A stretch of DNA of 64,000 bases, taken from contig CAWBWI010000001.1 of NCBI GenBank assembly GCA_963792585.1, positions 832,001 through 896,000 on the forward strand. The letters run 5' to 3'. Shown one piece after another: positions 10,710-20,264 of this stretch. How positions within the stretch are numbered: the stretch's first letter is position 1; each line of letters begins with the position of its first letter. Source of the stretch: Candidatus Eiseniibacteriota bacterium (GTDB lineage Bacteria > Eisenbacteria > RBG-16-71-46 > CAIMUX01 > VGJL01). Below the pieces are notes generated by a model that had not been told where the DNA came from, searched no databases, and was given only the letters and a program-made list of their open reading frames with translations. The position numbers and the translations under genes were made by a program.

Positions 10710-12248
10710 TCAACCTCCTCGCCGCGAGAATGCGGCGGCGATCCCCAAAGCGATTCCCAACGCAAGGACTCCGCGCAGCAGCCATTCCCCGTGGCGGACG
10801 TAGAAACTCGGGCCCGTCGAAGGCATGACGCGCGCCTGGATTTCGGCCTCCACGAAGGTCCGAGTCCGGTGCGCCACCCGGCCCCACGGATCGACGATCA
10901 TCGATATCCCCGTGTTCGCGCAACGAAGGAGCGGGGTGCGCGTCTCGACCGCCCGGAAGATCGCCATGTCGGCGTGCTGTACGGGCGCCGCGGTGTCACC
11001 GAACCAGAAGTCGTTCGTGACATTCACGAGGATCCTCGCCCCCTCACGTACGAACTTGCGGGCCATGTCGGGGAATATGCTCTCGAAGCATATCAGACAG
11101 GCCATATGCGTCCGAGAAACCGCGAATAGGACATCCCGGGTCCCGGGGCTGAAGTCCGATTGACCGAAGTTGAGACCCGACAACCACGGCATCGTCTTCT
11201 CGAACGGCATCCGCTCCGAGAAGGGGACGAGCCGCTGCTTGTCGTAACGTTCGGCCACCCGTCCGTCCGCGTCGAAGAGGGCCACGGAGTTGTGCGAGAC
11301 GTACGTGTCGTCGACCAAGGAGTGATCGAGCGTCCCTGCCAGGAGGGGGATGTCGAGCGAGTCGACGGCGGCGCAGACCCTCGACAGAAACACCGGTTCC
11401 CGCAGAAGAACCATCGGCACGGCCGTTTCCGGCCAGATGATGAGATCAGGTTTCGCAACGGCGGCGTGCCTCGTGCGCGCCAGCAGATCGTCGATCACGA
11501 TTTCCCGGTATCGCGGATCCCACTTGATGGTCCGGCTGGTGTTGGGCTGGATCAAGGCGACTCGCAGGCCCCGTTCTCCATCCACCACTTCTGCATCGGC
11601 CCGCCGCAGCACTGCGGAGCCATGGACCCAGGGGAGGAGAAAGAGGATCCCCCAGACCGTCCAGGCGAGGACGCGCCGTCGCGCGGTCGCCCGCAAGGCG
11701 ATGTAGAGGAGTCCCGCCGTCAGGTCGACCCAGAGAACGATGCCCCAGAATCCGGTCGCCGAAGAGAACTGGAGCAACGGGGTGGCGCGGACCAGCGCAT
11801 AGCCGCTCGCCCCCCACGGGAACGCCAGCTCCCCGTGAGAACGGGCCGCCTCCGCCAGCGTGGCGGCGATGGGCCAGACGAGGCCCAACGGGGCACGCAG
11901 ACGACGGGAGACGAAGCAGGCAAGCGCGGAGGCGAGGCCGAAATAGACGCCCAAATATGCCCCGAGAAAGAGCAACGCGGGGATCATGAGACCCGGGATC
12001 GTGAACTCCTCGCTCGGGAGGGCCAGGATCCAGTGGAGGATCGCCACGAATTGGACCGCAGCCGCAGTCCAGCCGAGCAGAAACGCGCGTCGCCAGGTCG
12101 GCCCGGGTCCGCGATCCAGCGCCCAGAGCAGGGGCAGGGGTGCGATCAGGATCAAGGGCCAGACTGCGATGGGCGCAAAGGCCGCTGCCGCGAGGAGCCC
12201 CGCGGCCGGGGCCGCCAGAAACCCGGGGTCTTGACCTAGCTTCCGCAT
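10710..12248 (-). CDS. lnt: Apolipoprotein N-acyltransferase
   Basis: FPW, IQPN and nitrilase triad motifs WPETA, YDKQRLVPFSE, ICFESIF; TNDFWFG, ANTGIS. Confidence 0.95.
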   Translation of the reverse strand: MRKLGQDPGFLAAPAAGLLAAAAFAPIAVWPLILIAPLPLLWALDRGPGPTWRRAFLLGWTAAAVQFVAILHWILALPSEEFTIPGLMIPALLFLGAYLGVYFGLASALACFVSRRLRAPLGLVWPIAATLAEAARSHGELAFPWGASGYALVRATPLLQFSSATGFWGIVLWVDLTAGLLYIALRATARRRVLAWTVWGILFLLPWVHGSAVLRRADAEVVDGERGLRVALIQPNTSRTIKWDPRYREIVIDDLLARTRHAAVAKPDLIIWPETAVPMVLLREPVFLSRVCAAVDSLDIPLLAGTLDHSLVDDTYVSHNSVALFDADGRVAERYDKQRLVPFSERMPFEKTMPWLSGLNFGQSDFSPGTRDVLFAVSRTHMACLICFESIFPDMARKFVREGARILVNVTNDFWFGDTAAPVQHADMAIFRAVETRTPLLRCANTGISMIVDPWGRVAHRTRTFVEAEIQARVMPSTGPSFYVRHGEWLLRGVLALGIALGIAAAFSRRGG

Positions 12249-12319
12249 CTGGGCTAACGTGATCTTTTGCTTCGAGCCAAAGGTACGGTGGGATTGGTTC
12301 CCAGGGAGGAAGAACGGAA

Positions 12320-12592
12320 ATGCCTCATCACAAGTCGGCCGTGAAGCGGATGCGCACCAGCGAGCGCGACCGTCAGAAGAACATCGCGGTCAAGAGCCAG
12401 GTCCGCGGAGCGACGAGGAAGGTCCGCGACGATGCGAAGACCGAAGAGGCTCCCGAGTTGCTTCGCAAGGCCCACTCGGTGCTCGACAACGCCGTCCGCA
12501 AGGGCGTGGTCCACAAGAACACGGCGAACCGCCAGAAGTCGCGCCTCGCGAAGGCCGTCGGCCGGGCCCGCAAGTCCTCCGCGACGAACTAG
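12320..12592 (+). CDS. rpsT: 30S ribosomal protein S20
   Basis: MPHHKSAVKR...KGVVHKNTANRQKSRL; 90 aa. Confidence 0.97.
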   Translation: MPHHKSAVKRMRTSERDRQKNIAVKSQVRGATRKVRDDAKTEEAPELLRKAHSVLDNAVRKGVVHKNTANRQKSRLAKAVGRARKSSATN

Positions 12593-13347
12593 TCCCCGCA
12601 CAACAGGTCTTCCCACCCGTACCACCCCGGGCCCTGACGCAAGAGACGGCGCAGGGCCTCGAGGCATCCGGCCGCGAAAGCGGTTCGGTCCTGCACCCTG
12701 TGGATCGCCTCGATCGTCTCCCCGGCGATTCCGAGAAGGACCCGATGCTCGCCCACGACGTCACCGATCCGCAGGGCATGGATGCCGATCTCATCGGCTT
12801 CCCTGGGGCCGATGATTCCCTGCCGGCCGAACACGGCGCGTCCCCCCCGCTCTTCCTTCCACGCGTCGGCAAGCCGCAATGCGGTTCCGCTCGGGGCGTC
12901 CCGCTTGCCGCAGTGGTGCACTTCCGATATCTCGATCTGCCAGCCTTCGGGCAGCTTCCGCGCCGCCTCGCGCAGTGCCCGCGTGAGAAAGGGGATCCCC
13001 ACGCTGAAGTTCGGCGACCAGCAGACCGCGACGGTCTCGGCCGCCGTGCGGAGTGCGGCACGCCCCGCGTCATCGAGTCCCGTCGAGCCCGAGACGAGAA
13101 CGCATCCGATCCGCTGGGCGTGTCCGGCAGCTTCCGCGGCCCCCGCTCCCGATGTGAAGTCGATGATCCCGGCCACCGCGCGGGGCGCCAGAGAGGAGAG
13201 GTCGGGCCCGGTGAGCGCGCCGAGGGTGAGGGAACGATCCGCGCGGAACACGAGTGAGAGGTCCGATGCGGACGCCAGGGCGCGTTCCACGGCCGAGCCC
13301 ATGCGGCCGCAAGCGCCCGCGAGCGCGATCGGGCGCTTTTCGCTCAC
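12589..13347 (-). CDS. dapB: 4-hydroxy-tetrahydrodipicolinate reductase
   Basis: GACGRMG, IDFT, GSTG, PNFSVG, EVHHCGKRDAPSGTA; GTG overlaps the dapA stop. Confidence 0.93.
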   Translation of the reverse strand: MSEKRPIALAGACGRMGSAVERALASASDLSLVFRADRSLTLGALTGPDLSSLAPRAVAGIIDFTSGAGAAEAAGHAQRIGCVLVSGSTGLDDAGRAALRTAAETVAVCWSPNFSVGIPFLTRALREAARKLPEGWQIEISEVHHCGKRDAPSGTALRLADAWKEERGGRAVFGRQGIIGPREADEIGIHALRIGDVVGEHRVLLGIAGETIEAIHRVQDRTAFAAGCLEALRRLLRQGPGWYGWEDLLCGD

Positions 13348-14231
13348 GCGGTCCCGAGAGAGGCGACGAAGCGGTCGGTCGTCTCGAGGATCCGGCCCAG
13401 TTCCGCCGCCGTCTTCTCGCCCACGGGCACGAGCGGCAGCCGGAACTCCTCCGCGATGAACCCGCGCACCGCGAGGGCGCGCTTCAGCGGACCCGGATTC
13501 GATTCGAGGAAGAGCCCCTTGAAGAGCGGGAAGAGCCCAAGATGGATCCTCCGCGCGAGGGCGATGTCGCCCGCGGCGAACGCGTCGAGCATGCGGCGCA
13601 ACGGCGCCGGGAATACGTTTCCGAGCACCGAGACGACACCGGTCGCGCCGGCGGCGAGCATCGGCAGCGTGAGGGAATCGTCCCCCGAGAGAACGGTGAT
13701 CTTGGATGTCGCGCACAGCTCGCTCACCTGGTCGAGGGAGCCGCACGCCTCCTTCACCGCCACGATGTTCGGAATCTCGGCGAGACGACGGATCGTCTCG
13801 GGTTCGAGCTTCACCGATGTCCGCCCCGGGACGTTGTAGAGGACGATCGGAAGCCGACTCGCGCGGGCGACCTCTTCGTAGTGTCTCAGCAGTCCCGCCT
13901 GCGTCGGCTTGTTGTAGTACGGGGTGATGACGAGCGCACCGTCGGCGCCCCACTCCTCTGCCCGGCGGGTCAGATCGCAAGTCGAGCGTGTGATGTTGGT
14001 TCCCGTTCCCGCGAGGACGAAGACGCCGGGGCCTTTCCTCTCGACGCACCGCCGCACGAGCCACTCGCGTTCGGCGAGATCGAGGGCCGCCGCTTCTCCA
14101 GTGCATCCGGCGGGAACGAGGCCGTGCACGCCCCCGGTGACCAGGTGATCGATGAGACGGTCCGTTGCGGCGTGATCGAGGTTTCCGTTTCGGAACGGGG
14201 TCGCCATTGCGACCGAGAGCCCCTCGAACAT
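13344..14231 (-). CDS. dapA: 4-hydroxy-tetrahydrodipicolinate synthase
   Basis: ATPF, GCTGE, TPYYNKPTQ, LYNVPGRT, VKEA, SGDD, NPGPLK. Confidence 0.96.
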   Translation of the reverse strand: MFEGLSVAMATPFRNGNLDHAATDRLIDHLVTGGVHGLVPAGCTGEAAALDLAEREWLVRRCVERKGPGVFVLAGTGTNITRSTCDLTRRAEEWGADGALVITPYYNKPTQAGLLRHYEEVARASRLPIVLYNVPGRTSVKLEPETIRRLAEIPNIVAVKEACGSLDQVSELCATSKITVLSGDDSLTLPMLAAGATGVVSVLGNVFPAPLRRMLDAFAAGDIALARRIHLGLFPLFKGLFLESNPGPLKRALAVRGFIAEEFRLPLVPVGEKTAAELGRILETTDRFVASLGTA

Positions 14232-14233
14232 TT

Positions 14234-15085
14234 CTATCCCTTCTTGCCGGCGCGAACCACCCGCGCCGAACGCGGCGCCGTCTTCGGAGTCAGGGGCCAC
14301 GTCCCTGTGTAGACGGCGCGACTCGGGCCCTCCAGCCAGTACTGCTGCTCGACATCCCGCCAGACGCGAAGGGTATCCCCGCCGTGCGTGATGACCGTGA
14401 TCGGTCCGGCGTCTCCCCCGAGTGCCCAGTGGGCAGCCGCCACGGCCCCGGAGCCACACGAGAGGGTCTCCCCTTCCACACCGCGCTCGTAGGTGCGGAT
14501 CCGGATCTCGAGGCGCCGGCGTTCCACGAACGTGACGTTCGCTCCCTTCGGACCGGGCCACGGGTGGTGGCGGAGACCCTGGCCGAGCCCTACGACGTCG
14601 AGGGAGTTCACGTCCCCGACCGGGACGATCCAGTGCTCGACCCCGACGTTGACGAGATCCGCCGGACGGGGACGGAGGCGGGATAGGTCGGGCATCGGTC
14701 GCTGCTCGGCGGGGCCAACGCGCACCGCGACCCCGGTAGCGGTCCTCCGGGCTTCGACCATGATCTTCATGACGTGAAAGTAGATCGGGCCGGGCTGGTC
14801 CCCGAGGATGTAGGCGGCGGCGCAGCGGGCGCCGTTCCCGCAGAAATCGGCAGGGTTGCCGTCGGGGTTCCTGAACTCCACCTGGATCCCCGCCGGGCCG
14901 TCCCGGAGGATCAACAGTCCGTCCCCCCCCACGCCACGGTGGCGGTCGAGAATGTACTTGGCGGAGGTAACGCTAAATGTAGGAATGGGATGGATGCGAC
15001 CATCGACCAGGACGAAGTCGTTCCCGGCCCCCTCCACCTTCCAGAAGGGAAGCCCTGATTCGTCGCCGGCGGACCTTCCCTTCAC
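14234..15085 (-). CDS. dapF: Diaminopimelate epimerase
   Basis: GAGNDF, FCGNGARC, RTYERGVEGETLSCGSG; start codon approximate. Confidence 0.93.
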   Translation of the reverse strand: MKGRSAGDESGLPFWKVEGAGNDFVLVDGRIHPIPTFSVTSAKYILDRHRGVGGDGLLILRDGPAGIQVEFRNPDGNPADFCGNGARCAAAYILGDQPGPIYFHVMKIMVEARRTATGVAVRVGPAEQRPMPDLSRLRPRPADLVNVGVEHWIVPVGDVNSLDVVGLGQGLRHHPWPGPKGANVTFVERRRLEIRIRTYERGVEGETLSCGSGAVAAAHWALGGDAGPITVITHGGDTLRVWRDVEQQYWLEGPSRAVYTGTWPLTPKTAPRSARVVRAGKKG

Positions 15086-15185
15086 CTTCGCCTCCTTCGC
15101 CGCGCTCCCGAGCGGCCCTACTTTGTAGTGTCCGCGAAAAGGCCCCCTCGCGCAACACGGTTCCCGCACTCCCTTGCGCGACAGA

Positions 15186-16466
15186 TCAAGGTCGCGGGAG
15201 GAGTTGGATGTCCACCGCTTCCAGGGTTCGACCCGGCAAGATTTCGATCGGATGGGTAAATTCGCCCTGCGCTTCGCCGGGACCCGCCTGGCCGTCCGCG
15301 TCGGCATCCCGGAAGGCGCGCAGCCGGTAGATCCCGGGCACGACATCCCTGAACTCGAAGGGCCCCTTCCCCCGCACTTCGGCAACCAGGCTCGTGTCCT
15401 TCTCGAAGAGCCTCACGATCACGGGCAAGGCACATCTTACGGAATCCAACCGTGCCGGGATCCGGAGCGAGTCGATCACCGCGAGCCGCGCGCGGACCAC
15501 AAGGGTGTCGACGGCCGGTTCCACGAACTGCCCGAAGCCCATGATGCTGTCCCCTGCAGCGGCCTTTCCGACCGGCGGCCCGCCGATCCGCGCGCTCAGG
15601 CTGTCCGCCTCTTTGTCGAACCTTCGAAGCAGGTCGGCCCCGACCCCGACGCAACTCGAGTCGATCGCCGTTCCCTTGATCGTCCCCGGTTCGTCGGGCA
15701 GGACCATATAGATCTCGAGATCCGAAACGACGCGCGTTGTATCGTCGATCGACACCGGGCCGTCGAGCGACGCCCACAGGTCGTCGTCCTCATCGAAGGT
15801 CCGATTCCGCGCCGCGTCGAACAGGGCACAGATTCTCATCGACGTTCCGCGCGGGAGATAGTCCAACCGGAACATTCCATCCTTGTCTGCCTGACCGATC
15901 CGCAGCGCGCCGAGGCGCTCGTCTTCCGAGGTCGGAGCGGAGTCGCTCCACGCGAAGGCATAGACGTAGGCGAGCGCGGGTTTCAGCCGGCCGCCGCGAA
16001 CCTTCCCGCGAAGACTCCCCGTGTCCAGCCGCGATCCGGTCGAGAACGCCGCCGTCCACGGTCCGAGCGCATTGTGCCGGCGATCTTGCACCTCGGCGCC
16101 AAGCAACACCGCATAGGTCCGCCCCGTGTCGGGGGTATCTCTCAGGATCAGATCGACGCGCTCTCCGGTCCACACGACCGACCGGATCGACAAAGACGGT
16201 GAGATGGCGACCCAATCTCGCACCGTCCGATGATCCATCTTCTTGCTGAAGAGGATCGAGAGGGTCTCGGGACGCACGCCGAGAGCGCCCGAGTCGGGGG
16301 CCATGCCGAGGACACGCGGAGCGGTCCGATCCTCGGGGCCGCCGCTCGGGCTCTCGATCTGCGCACACCCGATCAGCAGCAACAGCCCGGTCAGCACTCC
16401 GACTCCCAGGCCGGAGCGGGGGCGGCGTCCGCCGCCCGCGCCCTTTGCGCCGAAGGTGAGTTTCAC
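15186..16466 (-). CDS. Lipoprotein with Ig-like (Big_5-type) domain
   Basis: Lipobox LLIGC followed by AQIESPSGGPEDRTAP, typical of FCB Ig-like lipoproteins; start approximate. Confidence 0.7.
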   Translation of the reverse strand: MKLTFGAKGAGGGRRPRSGLGVGVLTGLLLLIGCAQIESPSGGPEDRTAPRVLGMAPDSGALGVRPETLSILFSKKMDHRTVRDWVAISPSLSIRSVVWTGERVDLILRDTPDTGRTYAVLLGAEVQDRRHNALGPWTAAFSTGSRLDTGSLRGKVRGGRLKPALAYVYAFAWSDSAPTSEDERLGALRIGQADKDGMFRLDYLPRGTSMRICALFDAARNRTFDEDDDLWASLDGPVSIDDTTRVVSDLEIYMVLPDEPGTIKGTAIDSSCVGVGADLLRRFDKEADSLSARIGGPPVGKAAAGDSIMGFGQFVEPAVDTLVVRARLAVIDSLRIPARLDSVRCALPVIVRLFEKDTSLVAEVRGKGPFEFRDVVPGIYRLRAFRDADADGQAGPGEAQGEFTHPIEILPGRTLEAVDIQLLPRP

Positions 16467-16476
16467 GTGCGGACGG

Positions 16477-17406
16477 CTATCCGCGCCGCGTCCCGCCGAG
16501 GCAGTGAACCAGGATCGCCTTCTGCAGGTGCATTCGGTTTTCCGCCTCGTCGAAGACGACGCTCTGCGGCCCGTCCATGACATCGTCGGTGATCTCCTCG
16601 CCGCGGTGCGCCGGCAGGCAGTGCATGACCAACGCGCCTGGAGCCGCCTTTGCCAGCAGAGCCGCGTTCACCTGGTATCCCGCGAACGCCTCCCGGCGCT
16701 TCGCGACCTCCGCCTCCTGGCCCATGCTCGTCCAGGTGTCGGTGTAGATCACCTTCACGCCGGCCACGGCCTCCTGGGGAGTTCGCACGATCGTGATCCG
16801 GCCGCGGCCGGAGGCGCGGACCCGTTCGACCGCCTTGGGGTCCGGATCGAAACCGACGGGACAGGCGAGCCGAAGGTCGATCGCGTACGCGTGGGCCGCG
16901 TCGATCCAGCTCTTCGCGACATTGTTGCCGTCGCCGATCCAGGCCAGCGAGAGGCCGTCCAGGGCGAGCCCCTTCTCGCGGATCGTGAACATGTCCGCCA
17001 GGATCTGGCAGGGATGATCGCTGTCGGTCAGACCGTTGATCACCGGTACGCGAGCATGCCGCGCCAGTTCCTCGACATTCGCCTGGCTGAAGGTCCGGAT
17101 CATGATCCCGTCCACGAAGCCCGAGAGGACCTTGGCGATGTCGTGGATCGACTCGCGCTTGCCGAACCCGATCTCGGCGTCCGTGACGTAGAGGGAGCGC
17201 CCGCCGAGATGGGCCATCCCCACCTCGAAGGAGATCCGCGTGCGGAGCGACGGCTTGTGGAAGATGCAGGCCAGGACCTTGCCTGCGAGTCTGGGGTCGC
17301 TTCGACCCGCCCGCCACGCCTCCTTCAAGGTGGCGGCCAGGTCGAGGAGCAGATCCAACTCCGCCCGATCGTGATTCTGGATGTTTACGAAATCAACCTT
17401 TGCCAT
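16477..17406 (-). CDS. argF: Ornithine carbamoyltransferase
   Basis: KPSLRTR, HPCQ, GDGNNV, YTDTWTSMG (SMG loop), HCLP. Confidence 0.93.
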   Translation of the reverse strand: MAKVDFVNIQNHDRAELDLLLDLAATLKEAWRAGRSDPRLAGKVLACIFHKPSLRTRISFEVGMAHLGGRSLYVTDAEIGFGKRESIHDIAKVLSGFVDGIMIRTFSQANVEELARHARVPVINGLTDSDHPCQILADMFTIREKGLALDGLSLAWIGDGNNVAKSWIDAAHAYAIDLRLACPVGFDPDPKAVERVRASGRGRITIVRTPQEAVAGVKVIYTDTWTSMGQEAEVAKRREAFAGYQVNAALLAKAAPGALVMHCLPAHRGEEITDDVMDGPQSVVFDEAENRMHLQKAILVHCLGGTRRG

Positions 17407-17436
17407 CGTCCCCTCCCCTGTTCCCATCTGCGCCGA

Positions 17437-18795
17437 TCAAAGGATGAACCGGCTCAAGTCCCTGTTGCCCAGGATCGGGCGGAGGCGTTCCTCCACCCGT
17501 TCCTCGGTGATGGTAACCCGACCGGCCACTCCGTCGGGAGCCTCGAAGAGCAACTCCTCCAGCAGCGTGGTCAGGACCGTGTGCAGCCGCCGCGCGCCAA
17601 TGTTCTCCGTCATCTCGTTGACGTCCTTCGCAATCCCCGCGAGCCTCCGGATCGCACCAGGCTCGAAGACCACCTCGACCCCTTCGGTCGCCAGAAGGGC
17701 TTGGTACTGCTTGAGGAGCGCATTTCGGGGCTCGGTGAGGATGCGAACGAAGTCGCCCTCCGACAACGGCTGGAGTTCCACACGAATCGGCAGGCGCCCC
17801 TGAAGCTCGGGGATCAGCTCGGATGGGTCGTTCTCGTGAAACGCCCCGGCCGCGATGAAGAGGATATGGTCGGTCCGCACCATCCCATAGCGGGTCGCGA
17901 CGCTCGATCCCTCGAGGATCGGCAGCAGATCACGCTGGACGCCCTGGCGGGAAACCTCGGGGCCGGCGCCCGCGTGCGTGCCGGCGATCTTGTCGATCTC
18001 GTCGATGAAGATGATCCCATGGTGCTGGACCCGCTCGAGCCCGTCGGCGACGACCTGGTCCGCGTCGATCAGCCTCTCGGTCTCGTCCTGCAGGAGAAGC
18101 TCGCGCGCCTCGCCGATCCGCATCCGCCTGCGTTTGCGCTTGCGCGGCAGGATCGACTCGAACGCCTCGGCCAACCCCGCGTCGATCTCGTCGAATCCCG
18201 CGCCGGGAAAGATCGACAGAGGACGCGGCGCGCGCGATCCCGTCTCGATCTCGACGTCCCGATCCTCCAGATCCCCGGCCGCGAGCTGCTCGCGCAATCG
18301 ATCCCGCGTCCGGCGGCCCTCGCTCGGGTCGAGCTCGGTCCCATCGGCGGGCGGCCGTGGCTTGCGCCGGGGCAGGAGGAGGCCGAGCAGCTTCTGCTCG
18401 ACCAGTCCTGCCGCCTTCTCCCTGACCTCCTCCGAGTGCGCCGCACGCGCCATTCCGACTCCCAGCTCCACGAGATCACGCACCATCGACTCGACGTCGC
18501 GCCCCACGTAGCCGACCTCGGTGAACTTGGAGGCCTCGACCTTCAGGAACGGGGCCTGCGTCAGCCGCGCCAGGCGTCGCGCGATCTCGGTCTTCCCGAC
18601 ACCCGTCGGACCGATCATGAGGATGTTGTTGGGCAGGATCTCATCGCGCATCTCGCCGGGAACCCGTCGTCTCCGGTAGCGGTTGCGAAGAGCGATCGCC
18701 ACGGCGCGCTTCGCCGAATCCTGACCGATCACGTAGCGGTCGAGTTCGGTGACGATCTGCTTCGGTGTCAGCGCGGCCGGATCCATTCCGCTCAT
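17437..18795 (-). CDS. hslU: ATP-dependent protease ATPase subunit HslU
   Basis: GPTGVGKT, GYVGRDVES, FIDEIDK, GVQRDLLP, ENIGARRL, C-terminal DLSRFIL. Confidence 0.97.
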   Translation of the reverse strand: MSGMDPAALTPKQIVTELDRYVIGQDSAKRAVAIALRNRYRRRRVPGEMRDEILPNNILMIGPTGVGKTEIARRLARLTQAPFLKVEASKFTEVGYVGRDVESMVRDLVELGVGMARAAHSEEVREKAAGLVEQKLLGLLLPRRKPRPPADGTELDPSEGRRTRDRLREQLAAGDLEDRDVEIETGSRAPRPLSIFPGAGFDEIDAGLAEAFESILPRKRKRRRMRIGEARELLLQDETERLIDADQVVADGLERVQHHGIIFIDEIDKIAGTHAGAGPEVSRQGVQRDLLPILEGSSVATRYGMVRTDHILFIAAGAFHENDPSELIPELQGRLPIRVELQPLSEGDFVRILTEPRNALLKQYQALLATEGVEVVFEPGAIRRLAGIAKDVNEMTENIGARRLHTVLTTLLEELLFEAPDGVAGRVTITEERVEERLRPILGNRDLSRFIL

Positions 18796-19331
18796 GGCTT
18801 CGGCAAGGACTCCACGAGGATCGTCCCCCCGGTGTAGATGCAGATTTCAGCGGCGCTGCGGAGCGCCTCCTCCGCGATCCGCTCGACCGGAAGTTCCGTG
18901 TGACGCGTCAGAGCGCGGGCCACGCCGAGGGCATAGCCGCCGCCCGCGCCGATCCCGAGGATTCCGTCGTCCGGTTCATAGAGCTCCCCCGACCCGGACA
19001 GGGCGAACGCCTTCTCCGTGTCGAGGACGATCAGCTGCGCCTCGAGACGGCGTAGCATCCGGTCGGTCCTCCACAGCCGGGCAACCTCCACGGCGGCGCG
19101 TGTCAGGTTCCCACGTTGCGCATCGAGGGCCGCCTCGAACCGCTCGAAGAGCTGGAGCGCATCGGAGGCTCCTCCGGCGAATCCCGCCAGCACCTTGCCC
19201 GCACCCAATACACGGATCTTGCGGGCCGTCGTCTTGACGATGGTGTCTCCCGCCGTCATCTGGCCATCCGCCGCGATCGCCGCGCGGCCGTCCCGTACGA
19301 TGCCCAGAACCGTCGTCGCGCGAAGCCGCAT
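18792..19331 (-). CDS. hslV: ATP-dependent protease peptidase subunit HslV
   Basis: Short propeptide then TTVLG (Thr nucleophile), [27 protein letters not shown]. Confidence 0.96.
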   Translation of the reverse strand: MRLRATTVLGIVRDGRAAIAADGQMTAGDTIVKTTARKIRVLGAGKVLAGFAGGASDALQLFERFEAALDAQRGNLTRAAVEVARLWRTDRMLRRLEAQLIVLDTEKAFALSGSGELYEPDDGILGIGAGGGYALGVARALTRHTELPVERIAEEALRSAAEICIYTGGTILVESLPKP

Positions 19332-19341
19332 GCCGCGCTCC

Positions 19342-20264
19342 TCAGTGCCCCCGCGGGTGGAAACGATCCACCGCGTCCCGGAGGGCTTCGATCGAAACAT
19401 GGGTGTACACCTGAGTCGTGCCGAGTCCCGCATGGCCCAGCAGTTCCTGGATCATCCGGATGTCCGCGCCGCGGTCGAGCAGGTGGGTGGCGAAGCTGTG
19501 CCGGAGGGCGTGTGGGGATGAGCCCCCGGCCCGCGCGAGGCGTCCGAGGTGGGCGTGGACGCGTCGCTGTACCGTCCGCGGCGTCAGGCGCTTGCCGCTC
19601 GGCCCGCAGAAGAGGCGGGAGCTGTCCCGGCGAGGCGGCTATGTGGGCGCGAAGCGCCTCCGCCGCCGGCGGGCCGAAACAGGCGATCCGTTCCTTTCGT
19701 CCCTTGCCGAGCACGCGAACGGTTCTCCCGGCGAGGTCGATATCCTCACGATCGATCCCCACGAGCTCCGAGAGGCGGATCCCGGTCGCGTAGAGCAGCT
19801 CGAGGATCGCGCGGTCACGCGTCGAGCGCGGGTCGTCCGGCCACTGTCCCGTCGAGGAGCGATGCGATCTCGCTCTCGGGGATGAACCGCGGCAGTCGCG
19901 AGCCGGCCCTGGGCAGGACCAGCAGAACCGACGGGTCGGAGGGGATCAGGTTTCGGCGGTGGAGGTAACGGCCGAACGAGCGAAGTGCGGCAACCTTGCG
20001 GATCACACTGCGCGCCTGGACCCCCCGTGTGGAGAGGACGCTCAGATAGGCGCGAAGCACCGGAAGACTCCAGGCGTCGAGCCCGCCCTTGCCGCGCTTG
20101 GCAGCCCAGTTCAGATACTGTCGAAGATCGGACGCGTAGGCCTCGACGGTGTGGGGGCTCTTCGCCTCGACGCGCAGGAGCTGGCGCTCGGACCAGTTCT
20201 CCATCGCCGCGGCGAGCGGACCGTGCGGCTCGTTCCCCTCGGATCCCGCCTCGGCAGGGCTCAT
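19342..20264 (-). CDS. xerC: Tyrosine recombinase XerC, with apparent frameshifts
   Basis: Motifs recovered across frames: [45 protein letters not shown]; topA-xerC-hslV-hslU order. Confidence 0.88.

Noticed and set aside
12589..12592. Convergent rpsT/dapB stop codons overlapping in CTAG
   Set aside because: A common compact-genome arrangement with no further signal
16477..17406. SLRT instead of STRT in the carbamoyl-phosphate loop, suggesting an N-acetyl/N-succinylornithine transcarbamylase
   Set aside because: The DxxxSMG ornithine-binding loop, HPCQ and HCLP are all of the canonical OTC type
19342..20264. Tyrosine recombinase as a prophage or island integrase
   Set aside because: It sits in the housekeeping topA-xerC-hslV-hslU order, with no att repeats, tRNA or phage genes
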